DNA from: the human T2T-CHM13v2.0 reference genome, Homo sapiens
Strand: one strand, 5' to 3'
Length of the DNA stretch: 64,000 bases
Assembly (NCBI RefSeq): GCF_009914755.1
Contig: NC_060926.1
The notes beneath the pieces were generated by a model that did no database searches, was not told where the DNA came from, and saw only the letters and a program-made list of their open reading frames with translations. Of this stretch, positions 33,551 through 49,212 are shown piece after piece (position 1 is the stretch's first letter; every line of letters starts with the position of its first letter). The position numbers and the translations under genes were made by a program.

Positions 33551-35197
33551 CACATGCTTGATCTCAATACTTACATTAATTTAAGGAAAATTATAGCTTT
33601 CATCCAAAAAATTAAAATTTGAGTACCTACTGTATGCCACATGAGTGGTTCCTAACTGCGGTGTTGACAGAGAGATATATCACAATTAGCTGTGAAGTAT
33701 GTCGCAAGAAATTGATTTCTAGAAATAAACTATTAAAGCTTACAAATGATTTGCTTTAACATTAATGATAATTTAGAGTGTATTCAGTGTTGTACCTGTA
33801 CCACAGTTACTTTCATTCTTCTGTATTCTGTGATTCATATTTGAGTGCGAGAAAGGTGCAGGTTATTAGCTAAAGCATTTCAAGTTAATTATAATCTATG
33901 TTATATCAAATTTCAATTATGGCCTGGAATAATTTGACTGATGATGATCTATCATGGAGAAGTGTGGCAAGAAACATGATCACCTCTATGTGTATTGCCT
34001 CTGGTACTATTTGTTTCACTTTCCTGCAAATATTTTGGTGTTTCTTCAAATTCTTAAAAGCCCCATGGGGATGTGTCCATCTGTCATAGGAGACACTTGG
34101 ACAAGAACTGTAGGGTCCCTGCCTTTACCAGACTAGAAGGTGTAGCAAAATTGACAGAGCTTTGGTACTGGACACAACTCAATGTGATGGTAGTGCTGCC
34201 ATTTTCTAACTCTGTCTCCTCTGGCAGGTCACTTAACCTTCCTAGGCATCAGTTTCCTCAGCTGTGAAAAGGGAATATTAACTTCATTACAAGGTTATCA
34301 GGAGGGTAAGAGACAATAAACATACATTGTTAAGTGCATTTGTTTAAAAAATGTATATACTGAATATGATAGCTGTTGTCCTTATTAATAAAATCTGAAC
34401 AGAACGAGAGGTAACATCCTATTCAACTGAGTTCAGATTCCTTCTGATAATATCAGAGCATACTCACAGTTCTGGGGGAAAAGTAATTCCGTAGAAAATG
34501 ACTATTTTTGAGCTATTTTGTGAGGAAATATTATCTTCTGAGCTACTTAGTTTATTTTGTTTGTTTATTTTCTTCTTGTGAGACTTTACTATTTCAAAGC
34601 AAAACCTAAATTTGAATACTAGATGCAGCTACCAAGAAGTTATCAGCAAAACACAGAGCTACAGATAATATTCTTTTGAGTTTTTTCTTACACATCATTT
34701 TCAATGCTGAGCAGTGGCTGGCAATCCGGGGCCTAGTTGGTGAGACTTGCAGATTATTAAAGGGCTTTGAAAGGATTTGACTATTTTTACATGGATGAAT
34801 TTTATGTATTTCTATAAAATGTAACTGACGTGAGCAGGCTTCACTGGACTGTGAATACCAGGTGGGAAATTTGTTAATGTCCATGTTATTACAGCTCTGA
34901 ACTTCACCCAATCCCTTTGTAGCCCAGCAACAGGGCTGGCACAGAAGTGAGGCAAAGGAGGTGCTTAGGGTGCCAAGAATGCCCTTTTACAAATGCAAAA
35001 TTTCAATAGTTGGAAATTATAACCATATGTGTAGCTGCTACTTAGAGTAAGCTAATATTTTAATAGAGGAAGAAGTATTTTTGGAACTCTGATGAGAATT
35101 GAGAGTCACAGGCTGATCTGAGGATTTCAAAGCTGTTCCATGCTAAACAGTTTCAGAGCCCAGTGAGAAGATACCCTGCTGGGATCTGGTAATTACC

Positions 35198-35203
35198 TGT
35201 CTG

Positions 35204-35254
<51 letters not shown>

Positions 35255-35312
35255 GTCTATCATCTATCTATCATCTATCTATCTATCTATCTATCATCTA
35301 TCTATCTAATCT
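35198..35312. repeat. Compound (TCTA)n/GATA STR
   Basis: Directly visible; about 11 uninterrupted units plus interrupted blocks. Confidence 0.97.
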
Positions 35313-35354
35313 AATTTCTCTCTCTTTCTGTCTCCCCAATCAATCAATCAATAT

Positions 35355-35658
35355 TTATTTATTCATTTTTGAGACAGGGTCTCACTCTATTTCCCAGGCT
35401 GGAGTGCAGTGTTGTGATCGTAGCTCACTGCAACTTTGAACCTCTGGGCTCAAGCAATCCTCTTTCCTCAGCTTCCCTAGTAGCTGGGACTACAGGTGCA
35501 TGCCACCATGCCAGGCTAATTTTTTGATTTTTTTTTCTGTAGAAATGGGAGTCTTGCTATGTTGCTCAGGCTTATCTTGAACTCCTAGGCTCAAGTGATC
35601 CTCTTGCCTTGGCATCCTAAAGTGCTGGGCTTACAGGTGTGAACTATCATGCCTGGCC
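35355..35658 (-). mobile_element. AluJ
   Basis: GAGACAGGGTCTCACTCT..GGGCTCAAGCAATCC. Confidence 0.9.
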
Positions 35659-35738
35659 CAATCATTATTTATCTATTTATCTGGCACTATCTTGTCTGTC
35701 AGTGTTACCTCATCAATTTAACCCATAAGTCAAGGTAT

Positions 35739-36417
35739 TGATACATACAGGAGGCAGAAAAATGCCTAGGTAGATAAGGGCAGGTCCCCAATGAAACCCC
35801 ACCTTCAAGTCAAATACAGTTTAGAGCCTGAAAGCCAAGCTACGAGTTAAATCCGTGAACTGGATTGAGAACCTGTTTCCCTGTTTGGTGCACTTTCCTC
35901 TGATTGATCTCCCCCCTTCACCTATTTTACTGATACCTACCCTTCCCTAACTGTTTTTTGACCCTGTTATGCCCATCTTTGAGCAAGGCCTTTGTTTTAA
36001 CCTTTTCTCCATACTCACAAACCAATCAGCACACACTCCCTATTCTTTGCCTATAAAAACCCCGAACTCAGTCACACTGTGAAACTGCCCACTTCTGGGT
36101 AGTGGGGAGACTGCTGCCCACTTTCAGGCGAGAGGTCAGAGATGACCTGACCTTCCCATCCCCTCTCCGCTGAGAGCTGTTTCATTCCTCAATAAAATTC
36201 TCCACCCTCATCACCCTTCAATTGTCAGTGTGACCTCATTCTTCTTGGATGCAGGACAAAAATTTGGGATCCACTGAACATGGGTACTAAGTGCTTAGTT
36301 GTGATGGCCACGGGAGCTGTGGGCTGGAGTGCAAGCCAGACGTGACCCAGTAGGCTGAGTAGATGGGGCACCCTCTGCTGTGAGCCTGGCAAAAAGGCTG
36401 AGAAAAATCCTGCATTG
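35739..36417 (+). repeat. 5' LTR of host provirus
   Basis: TGATACATACAGGAGGCAG...GAGAAAAATCCTGCAT; CCAAT ~36022, TATAAAA 36052-36058, AATAAA 36191-36196. Confidence 0.9.
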
Positions 36418-36421
36418 TATC

Positions 36422-36439
36422 TGGGGGCTTGTCTGGGAT
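36422..36439 (+). other. Primer-binding site, tRNA-Pro
   Basis: TGGGGGCTTGTCTGGGAT vs canonical TGGGGGCTCGTCCGGGAT; two CpG-type transitions. Confidence 0.88.
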
Positions 36440-37828
36440 TTGTTGGAAGGGTGACTGAATGTGGACCCTGCTACCTCCACCAACCTGTCATCCCGGGTGT
36501 TGGGAATGGTGGCTTTGTTTCCTTTCACGGAGGTCTAACCGTTGCGTAGGAATGGAAGGAAGTCCTGGGGCAACTGAGGGCATCTGGTTGAGGCTATACC
36601 TCAATGTTATCCAAAGGCCCCTGGATTGACTCCAGTCTCTGACCACCCGATAGGTTGTTGGCCAAGACCTCCAGTCTTTCCTATGGTATATTCTTTCTTT
36701 CTTTCATGGTGATGATGGCTCCTACCTCTCTTTTATAATGTTAAGTGTGTTGTTGCAAACTACAGAAATATTACTGGGTAGACTGGGCACTTGGCCCAGT
36801 CATCAAAAATGTAATTCAGAACAATGGAGTTTCTGTCCATTCTTAGAAATGGGGAAAAGGCAGCAATTAAGAGCTTTTTCCCTGTTGAAGGATCCCATTT
36901 GCAGAAGAGCAAGAGGCTTACTCCCCCAGGCACCTTCTCCTCCCTGCGCTTAAGCTGTTTTGTTTCTTTTCTCCACCATGTTAGGAGTTAACATAGACCT
37001 GTAAATACGGGGAGCTTTTCTATGCAAGAGATTTTTTTTTTCCTTTTAGAAGGCGTCTTATTAGGCTAGGTCCCCTTTCTCTCCATTGTTTGAGGACAAC
37101 CTGGTTCCACAGCTTCACCTTAGCACTCTGCTTATAATAAGGAAGCAACAGAGGAGTGCTCCCACTGGCTGCTGGCTGCAAGTTTGGAGAGGGCCACCTG
37201 GGACTTAATTTTATGAGTCCATGCATCCTCCTGAGGCATCTTTTTGTCCCAAACTCAATTCCAAGCTTTAGGTTGAAGCCTTAGAAAGGAAAATTGGATC
37301 TGAGGGATCCAGAGGCAGGCAACAATGGAAGCTAAGGGGCACAGCATAGGTGAGCCTGACTAATTCCTGCCAATTAGGCACCCCTCATTTCATGGATGGA
37401 GGTCATGCCTGTATGCATGGCATAGATGAAGTTACTGACAGCAGGGATGATAGGCTAGTACGTAGGTGGGTGCAGATAATTCCTACCCTCTAGGCCTCCC
37501 TGTTACATGGATGAAAGCCACATTGGCACCCATGGGCAGCAACTGCCAAGGTTCCTGGGACTTGGGGATATAAGGACAGAAGAAAAAAGGGGATACCTTT
37601 TTTTCTCTCCCTCACATACCCTGGGTATTTGCTAGGAAGAGAGAAGAACTAAGGGGCGCCTTTTTCTCCTCTTTCCAGATGGGTAACCAACCATCTTCAG
37701 TCTGTATGTCTCTCCAATGCATCCTGAATCACTGGGATTCCTTTGAAAAGAGAAAATCAACCTTCTTCTTCCTGTTTCCTCCTCTGTCCTCTCTTCATGG
37801 ATGAATAATCATGTCTCCATACCACAGG

Positions 37829-37994
37829 ACATTTCCCTCTGTGAAAAGTTTAATTTCTGCATTAAACCACTTGGCTTAAAAAAAAATGAACTGGGAAGAC
37901 ATTATAACTCACATTCCCCTCTGTGAAAAGTTTAATTTCCATAAACCTTAAATCACTTGACTTAAAAAAAAAATGAACTGGGAAAACTCTAACT
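37829..37994 (+). repeat. ~82-bp tandem duplication in ERV internal region
   Basis: ACATT(T/C)CCCTCTGTGAAAAGTTTAATTTC...AAAATGAACTGGGAA occurs at 37829 and 37911. Confidence 0.9.
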
Positions 37995-38365
37995 GAGCAA
38001 TCTCTTGAGGAAGGACAATGTTTACAGTATGCAAATAACCTATTTGTCTGCTCCCCCTTTACGGAACTCCAGGGTCAAAGGGCTTCATAGCTCGGGGGAA
38101 GGGAACCCAGAAGCCTGACATGCTGGCAAACGAGTAAAAGTTTTTTACCCATCAGACTTCTGGCTTTTCTCTCTCTGTGCAAACTGTTTGAATGAATGAT
38201 AAAAATCACTGTTTATATACTCTGAAACGTTGTGATTAATGGAAAAAGGATTTGTGAGGTGAGTCTTAAGCTATAGAGAATCTGTGATACTTTGTGTTAA
38301 GAATTTCTCTTTCTGTATCTTTCTATCAGAAAGAGGGGTACCTTAGGATAAAATGTGGGTCTAGG

Positions 38366-38774
38366 CCCAAATGTCCAACAATGATAGACTGGGTTAAGAA
38401 AATGTGGCACATATACACCATGGAATACTATGCAGCCATAAAAAATGATGAGTTCATGTCCTTTGTAGGGACATGGATGAAGCTGGAAATCATCATTCTC
38501 AGTAAACTATCGCAAGAACAAAAAACCAAACACCGCATATTCTCACTCATAGGTGGGAATTGAACAATAACACAAGGACACAGGAAGGGGAACATCACAC
38601 TCTGGGGACTGTTGTAGGGTGAGGGGAGTGGGGAGGGATAGCACTGGGAGATATACCTAATGCTAGATGACGAGTTAGTGGGTGCAGCACACCAGCATGT
38701 CACATGTATACATATGTAACTAACCTGCACATTGTGCACATGTACCCTAAAACTTAAAGTATAATAAAAAAAAA
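38366..38774 (+). mobile_element. 5'-truncated L1PA2/L1PA3
   Basis: ORF2 C-terminus (KMWHIYTMEYYAAIKNDEFMSF..HRIFSLIGGN*), 3'UTR with GAG diagnostic (not L1HS ACA/ACG), A-tail, TSD GTGGGTCTAGG (38355-38365, 38775-38785). Confidence 0.94.
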
Positions 38775-39843
38775 GTGGGTCTAGGACCCCATAAGCCCAT
38801 TGTTCAAGTCAGCCTGACAAACTGGTCAGTAACTAATTTTGCTATAGGTCTCCGAAGAAAAAAAATGGGATGAGGTCTCCGTTTTCTTTTACCTACTTGG
38901 GAGCTTGACCTTGTAACCACATGGCAATACTTTTTTGGTCTCCGCCGTTTTACAGTGGTGGCCCAGGTTCAATCCTGGCTTAGGGAATGAGTACTTTCTG
39001 GTTAATATCTGTGTGACTTTTTCCATTTGCTGATTCTCTTCCCCTCCATGAACAACTTCCATAATAGCTTCCTTTCTTAAATCTTCCTTTCTCTGAGTTA
39101 CCTTTAAAGATTCTAGATTTTGTAAAAACTGCTTACCACCTGTTTGAAAATACCTTGTACACTCACGGTTAAGTCATAGCCTTAGGTGAGGCTTGTTGGT
39201 TTCACCTATGAGGTTACTTTTGGCAAAGTTTAAAAGCCAGAAATATTGGCCACTTGGTGTGGCTAAAGTTGGGTAATAAGGGATTTAAAAGGATATTTTT
39301 TTGAAAGAGTGTTATGGTTGAAAGTCAGCTTAATTAGGGCAACCCCCTTTGGGTCCCCTCCCATTTTATGGGAGCTCTGTTTTCACTCTATTAAATCTTG
39401 CAACTGCACACTCTTCTGGTCCGTGTTTGTTACAGCTTGAGCTGAGCTTTCACTCGCCATCTACCACTGCTGTTTGCCGCCATCACAGACCCGCTGCTGA
39501 CTTTCACCCCTCCGGATCTGGCAGGGTGTCTGCTGTGCTCCTGATCCAGTGAGGCGCCCATTGCCACCCCGGATTGGGCTAAAGACTTGCCATTGTTCCT
39601 GCACGGCTAAGTGCCCGGGTTCATCCTAATCGAGCTGAACACTAGTTGCTGGGTTCCACGGTTATCTTCCGTGACCCACAGCGTCTAAGAGAGCTATAAC
39701 ACTGCATGGCCCAGATTCCATTCCTTGGAATCCGTGAGGCCAAACCCCAGGTCAGAGAACAAGAGGCTTGCTGCCATCTTGAGAGCGGCTGCCACCATCT
39801 TGGGAGCTCTAAGAACAAGCCCCCACCCCAACCGGTAACATTT

Positions 39844-39861
39844 TGGCGACCATGAAGGGAC
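39844..39861 (+). other. HERV-W primer-binding site (tRNA-Arg-like)
   Basis: TGGCGACCATGAAGGGAC just after U5; 17/18 to recalled tRNA-Arg(TCG) complement TGGCGACCACGAAGGGAC. Confidence 0.75.
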
Positions 39862-41845
39862 CTCCAAAGCAGTGAGTAATATTGGACCCTTTCGCTTGCT
39901 ATCCTGTCCTATCCTTCCTTAGAATTGGAGGAAAATACCAGGCACCTGTTGGCCAGTTAAAAACGATTAGCATGGCCACCAGACTTAAGACTCAGGCGTG
40001 AGGCTGTCTGGGAAAGGGCTTTCTAACAACCCCCAACCCTTCTGGGTTGGAAGCATGGTCTGCCTGGAACCAGCTTGCACTTTCAATTTTCCTGGGGAAA
40101 CTGAGGGCCAACTAGAGGCAGAAAGCTGTCGTCTGGAACTCCCAGCATTAGCCGGTTGAGATTATGGCACAGCCAGAAGTCTACTCAACAGTCGCCCATG
40201 CGTGCGCCCCTGCCTTTCCTTCTGACCCATACCTTCTGGGTCCTGACCACAAATTTCTTGAAAGTATAGCCCCAAAATTCTCCTTACCTCTGAATCTACT
40301 TCCTCTGATCCCTGCCTCCTAGATACTGATGCTTCAGACTTTCACTTCCTCTCCCAAGTATTACAGCAGGTTGTATTTCCAAAGGGTTCTAAGGAAGATC
40401 TATGCTGCACCCTTAGGCCCCTAGGCTATGAACCCAGGGAGTCTTATCCCTGGTGTCCCTCCCAATTTAGGCATAGAGCTCTCAACATGGGCAGTTATGT
40501 GGGACCCGTTCCCCACCACCCTTGCCAGGGCCTTAGAATTGATAACCCAGTACTTTAACAACTGGAACTGGTTCTACAACAACATAATAGATCAGGATGA
40601 AAGCAAATTGAGTAAATAAAAGGGAGGCGCATATTCCTATAGTGGCAAATGGGGCAATGAGCGAACGTCCTTCCACTGTGTTTCCAAAAATCCATCTACA
40701 AAGACGGAAAGGAAAAAGTAAGTGAGAAAGAGAAAGATAGAAGTAGTAAAGAAAAAAACAGTGTACCTTATTTCTTTAAAAGCCAGGGTAAATTTAAAAC
40801 CTATAATTGATAACTGAAGGTTTTCTCCGTGACCCTATAACACTCCAATACCACTTTGTTGTCAGTGTAAATAAGGGCATAGCCTGAAAGCACTGAGGCC
40901 ACTGACAACTAGTAGCCGTCCTATAAAAAATCCTTAATCCAGGAACCCACGGGTGCCCAAATGCATTCAACCTGTAGCGGCAACTGCTTTGCTAACAGAA
41001 GAAAGTAGAAAATTAGCCTTTAGAGGAAACCTCACTGTGAGCACACCTCACCAGTTCAGAACTATCCTAAGTCAAAAAAGCAAAAAGATAGCTTACTAAC
41101 TCAAAAATCTTAAAGTATGGGGCTATTCTGTTAGAGAAAGATAATTTAACATTAACCACTGAAAATTCCCTTAACCCAGCAGATTTCCTAACAGCGGATT
41201 TAAATCTTAATTACCATACAAAGGTCCGACCAGACCTAGGAGGAACTCCCTTCAGGACAGGACAATAGATGGTTCCTCCCAGGTGATTGAGAAAAAAACC
41301 ACAATGGGTATTCAATAATTGAGGGAAACTCTTGTAGAAGCAGAGTTAAGAAAATTGCCTAATAATTGGTCTGCTCAAACGTGCGAGCTGTTTGCACTCA
41401 GCCAAGCCTTAAAGTACTTACAAAATCAAAAAACTCTATCTCAATCCTGACTCAAAAGGTTACCCATACCCTCTCTGAAATGAATTTGCATAAGAACTGT
41501 TGTTTGTAGGAATGCATCTTGATGGGGCAACTGGGTTATTATGAAATACCCAGGAACCCAGCCTGTCTCCAGAACTCACCCTTGAGCTCAAAGGCAATGT
41601 TGGGCATGCTGGTAAAGGACCACTAGAATCCAGCAGCCCAGACCCCTTTCTTTGTGGTCAAGAAAGGTGGGAATACAGGTGCAGGACTGCTACATCGGTG
41701 AGTGTAACTAATCTAATAAGCAGAAGTCCATGGGTGGTTACACACCCTGGAAAGGAATAAGCATTAGGACCACAGAGGATGCTCTAGGACTAATGCTTAT
41801 CAGAAAATGACTAGGGGTGCTGGCATCTCTATGTTCTTTTTTCAG

Positions 41846-42836
41846 ATGGGAAATGTTCCCCTCAAGGCAAAAACACCCCTAAGATGTATTCTGGAGAATT
41901 CATCCCAGCCAGAGTGTATATAACTTTTTCCCTCTCAGACTTGAAGCAAATTAAAATAGACCTAGGTAAATTCTCAGGTAACCCTGATGGCTATATTGAC
42001 ATTTTACAAGGGTTAGCACAATCCTTTGATCTGACATAGAGAGATATAATGTTACTGCTAAATCAGACACTAACCCCAAATGAGAGTTTGGCGATCTCTG
42101 GTATCTCAGTAAGGTCAATGATAGGATGACAACAGAGGAAAGAGAACGATTCCCCACAGGCCAGCAGGCAGTTCCCAGTGTAGACCCTCACTGGGATGCA
42201 GAATCAGAACATGGAGATTGGTGCCACAGACATTTGCTAACTTGCATGCTAGAAGGACTAAGGAAAACTAGGAAGAAGACTATGAATTATTCAATGATGT
42301 CCACTATAACACAGGGAAAGGAAGAAATTCCTATTGCCTTTCTGGAGAGACTAAGGAAGTAGCATACCTCTCTGTCACCTGACTATTGAAGGCCAACTAA
42401 TCTTAAAGGATAAGTTTATCTCTCAGTCAGCTGCAGACATTAGAAAAAAGCTTCAAAAGTCTGCCTTAGGCCGAGAGCAAAACTTAGAAACCCTGTTGAA
42501 CTTGGCAACCTCAGTTTTTTATAATAGAGATGAGGAAGAGCAGGCGGAACGGGACAAACGGGATCAAAAAAGGCCACCACTTTAGTCATGGCCCTCAGGC
42601 AAGCAGACTTTGGAGGCTCTGGAACATGGAAAGGCTGGGCAAATTGAATGCCTAATGGGGCTTGCTTCCAGTGTGGTCTACAAGGACACTTTAAAAAAGA
42701 TTGTCCATATAGAAATAAGCCGCCCCCTCGTCCATGCCCCTTATGTCAAGGGAATCACTGGAATGCCCACTGCCCCAGCAGACGAAAGTCCTATGAGTCA
42801 GAAGCCACTCACCAGCTGATCCAGCAGCAGGACTGA
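41846..42836 (+). pseudogene. gag: HERV-W gag, defective with deletions
   Basis: ATGGGAAATGTTCCC start; capsid (VPSVDPHW, TITQGKEE..AFLERL); NC knuckles CFQCGLQGHFKKDC and CPLCQGNHWNAHC; ends QQQD*. Confidence 0.92.
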
Positions 42837-45750
<2,914 letters not shown>

Positions 45751-45764
45751 CTGCAGCCACACAT

Positions 45765-46003
45765 TTCAATCCCTGTATCTTTAACCTCTTTGTTAAGTTT
45801 GTCTCTTCCAGAATCGAAGCTGTAAAACTACAAATGGTTCTTCAAATGGAGCCACAATGCAGTCCACAACTAAGATCTACTGCAGACCCCTGGACTGGCC
45901 TGCTAGCCCATGCTCCAATGTTGATGACATCGAAGGCATGCCTCCTGAGGAAATCTCAACTGCACGACCCCTACTATGCCCCAATTCAGCAAAAAGCAGT
46001 TAA
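45765..46003 (+). pseudogene. env: HERV-W env 3' remnant (cytoplasmic tail)
   Basis: PCIFNLFVKFVSSRIEAVKLQMVLQMEPQ, homologous to the syncytin-1 tail; frameshifted afterwards. Confidence 0.9.
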
Positions 46004-46061
46004 AGCGGTTGTCGGCCAACCTCCCCAACAGCACTTGGGTTTTACTGTTGAGAGGGGGGAC

Positions 46062-46370
46062 TGAGAGACAGGACTACCTGGATTTCCTAGGCCGACTAAG
46101 AATCCCTAAGCCTAGCTGGGAAGGTGACCACATCCACCTTTAAACACAGGGCTTGCAACTTAGCTCACACTTGACCAGTCAGGTAGTAAAGAGAGCTCAC
46201 TAAAATGCTAATTAGGCTAAAACAGAAGGTAAGGAAATAGCCAATTATCTATCACCTGAGAGCATGGGGGAGGGACAATGATCGGGATATAAACCCAGGC
46301 ATTCAAGCCATTGGGTCCCCTCCCATTTTATGGGAGCTCTGTTTTCACTCTATTAAATCTTGCAACTGCA
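46062..46370 (+). promoter_or_regulatory. LTR17 U3-R with promoter and poly(A) motifs
   Basis: TGAGAGACAGGAC start after PPT; CCAAT 46241-46245, TATAAA 46288-46293, ATTAAA 46352-46357. Activity not shown. Confidence 0.75.
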
Positions 46371-48373
46371 AAAAAAAAATTTTGAGTCATCTTTTTTGCT
46401 AAATAAATGACTTATGGTAACCTGGAATTCTATTTCATTATATCAAGTGTTTTCACCTTTAACATATTTCATAGGCTTCCCAAAATCAAATTTCAGCTTT
46501 GAAACTGTCTTTTCTGACTCCTGAATTTTGAATGCTACAGAGGGCTCCTGAAGCATCTAACAGAGAGGTAAACAGGATTATTTTACATATTTAGTTACAC
46601 GGGATTGTCAGAATAAAAATAATGTTTAATCTTCTTCAGGTTATATTTTAGTGAATAATAGTAATATATGTTCCAAAATTTTATGGGATTTCTAAAATTC
46701 TAATGTCTAAGTATATGCTATCTAATCATAATTAAGGTTACTATGTTAAGTTATTGTAAACCACAGAAATAACTGAATTTGTCAGTCATGTTTTTTTTTG
46801 TCTTGTTTTGATCCTTTTCAAAAGATGGTTTAAAATCAGCTATAGAACTTTGACAGGTGCTCTTAAATTCAGGTTCCTGATGTCTTTGGAGATTGTGACA
46901 TTGGAATAAAGGAAAAATGTCCAAGACTCATGAAGAGATGAAATGTTCATGAGTATCAAGCAGAAAAGAGTTAACTGAATGAACTGAACTAACAGAGAAC
47001 TGAAGTAATCTTTTTTTAACTTTTTGCCTAAAACATTGCTTAACCTTGTTTTGTTTTTGAGAATCAAGGAAACTTTTCTTCTGAGCTAGCTACAGTATTT
47101 AACAATTGGGTAAAGTATACTCCTGTGAACAAAATTTGGAGCATATTTGTTTCTCTCTGCCTGGTTTCTCTAGAATTTGGAAACTATTTGTGAGTATTCT
47201 TAACTTACGGTGATATAATTGCTTGCATAAGTGCAAGAAGAATCCATTTTCTCTTGCAACAGGATGCAATTGGAAAGACTGGTTGTTTTACTAAGGCTTC
47301 AACTAGAAGGATGTGCTTCCCTTTAAGGAACCAAGCTTTACTAGCAGAGCCAATAAAAGCCCCTTGGGAAAACTGGCCTCATATCTTGTCTACACAGTTC
47401 CTGTACAGGGTTGCTAACCTGTGGTGAGTAAAGAATGTAACTTTCTAACAGGCTTAGGAGCCCCAAGTTATCTTGGGACCCCAACAAGAGAGGAATTTGG
47501 AAACTCAAAGGTATTTGAGGATACAAACCCATGTCTGGGCTTGGCTTTAAAAAGTCTTGTCTGAGATTCCTTATGGAACAGAGTTCCATCAGAGCCCATT
47601 TAAAAAGCCTATATGAAAATAATTATTTTTGCTGCACTTTATGCAAATAATCAGGCCAAGTATAAGACTAAAGTTTATTTTGCAAGCAAATCAGTCCTAT
47701 CATGATTTGTTTTTAACAAAAATGAGGACTGTAGAGAGAAAATTATGTTTCAAAACTTATACTTTTGTCATTAAATTCTAGTCACATCAGTTGTTTTTAA
47801 GTTTTCATGTACATTTTAGACTAACCCTGCTTATTCATGTGAACCAACCAGTGATCTCCAGCTGCAGCTCAGAAGGAACAGAAGGAATGGGTAATGTAAA
47901 AATCTGAATCAAATATTCTAGTTCTGGGCAATTATCTTGCAAATCTTGCCCGGTGATAGGAGTAAATAGGGTGCCCATAACAGGAGGTTTCTTTTTTGGG
48001 AAAATAAGACCAAATCAGCTAACTAACCAAAGCCAATTCCCATGCACCCAAATCTTAGCAGGCGTAACTATTAATATAGCATGTCAACAGCCTGGGGATT
48101 TTTGAGCTGTCCTTATTCGCTTGTTCCATTTTAATCCATGTCTTCTAATAACCCTGTTTGTCTCATCTTGCTTTCAGGCCATCAAACTCCAATGTTCATG
48201 CAACCAGAGCCTTGGATGATGGCTCCTTTTTACCAGGGACTTTTAGATAGGCCTCTGAAGGATATCTGACTGCTGTTTTCCCAAAATAACAGCCCCTGTC
48301 AGCATGAAGTAGTTAAAATTGGTCATCGTTCTTATCCTAATGGAAGTTAGATGTACCTCTTCAGAGGAGGGAA

Positions 48374-49047
48374 TGATAGAGGTAGGAAGCAGAAAAATGC
48401 TTAGGCAGATAGGGATGAGTCCCTAGTGAAACCCCACCTCCAAGTCAAAGACAGTTTAAAGCCTGAAAGTCATGCCACAAGTTAAATCCACAGACTGGAT
48501 TGAGAACCTATCTTCCTATTTGGTGCACTTTCCTCTGATTGAGCCCTGCCTTTCATCTATTTTACATATACCTACCCTTCCATAATTTTTTTTTACACTC
48601 TTGTGACCACCTTTGAGTGGTTCCTTAGTTTTAACATTTTTTACATACTCACAAATCAGTCAGCACGCCCTCCCCATTCTGTGCCTATGAAAACCCTGAA
48701 CTCAGCCACACTTTGAAACTGTCCATCTTTGGGCAGGGGTGGGGACTGCCTGCCTTCAGGCAGGAGAGAGAGACAACCTGAACTTCCCCTCTCCTCTCCA
48801 CTGAGAGCTGTTTCATCACTCAATAAAATTCTCTGTCCTCATCACCCTTCAATTGTCAGTGTGACCTCATTCTTCTTGGATGTTGGACGAGAATTGGAGA
48901 CCACTGAATGCAGGGGCTGACTGCGCTGTCACAGCAGCCATGGGAGCCGTGGGCCATAGTGCAAGCCAAACATGGCCCAGTGGGCCGAGTAGACAGGGTG
49001 CCCCCTGCTGCAAGCCTGGCAAAAGGGCTGAGAAAAATCCTGCATCA
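48374..49047 (+). repeat. 3' LTR of host provirus
   Basis: TGATAGAGGTAGGAAGCAG...GAGAAAAATCCTGCATCA; collinear with the 5' LTR, roughly 15-20% diverged by eye. Confidence 0.9.
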
Positions 49048-49212
49048 CTATTATTTGGACTCTGACATGCTATTTAAAAAGAAATTAATTCAGAAATACA
49101 GCCCAGCATGGCAATGTAATATTAGAAATAAAATCTAAATTATTTTCTTGCCTATGGAGTTATGTTAAAATTCATTTATTAAGTGAAATCTGGAGGCTAT
49201 TTTGTTTAAGTG

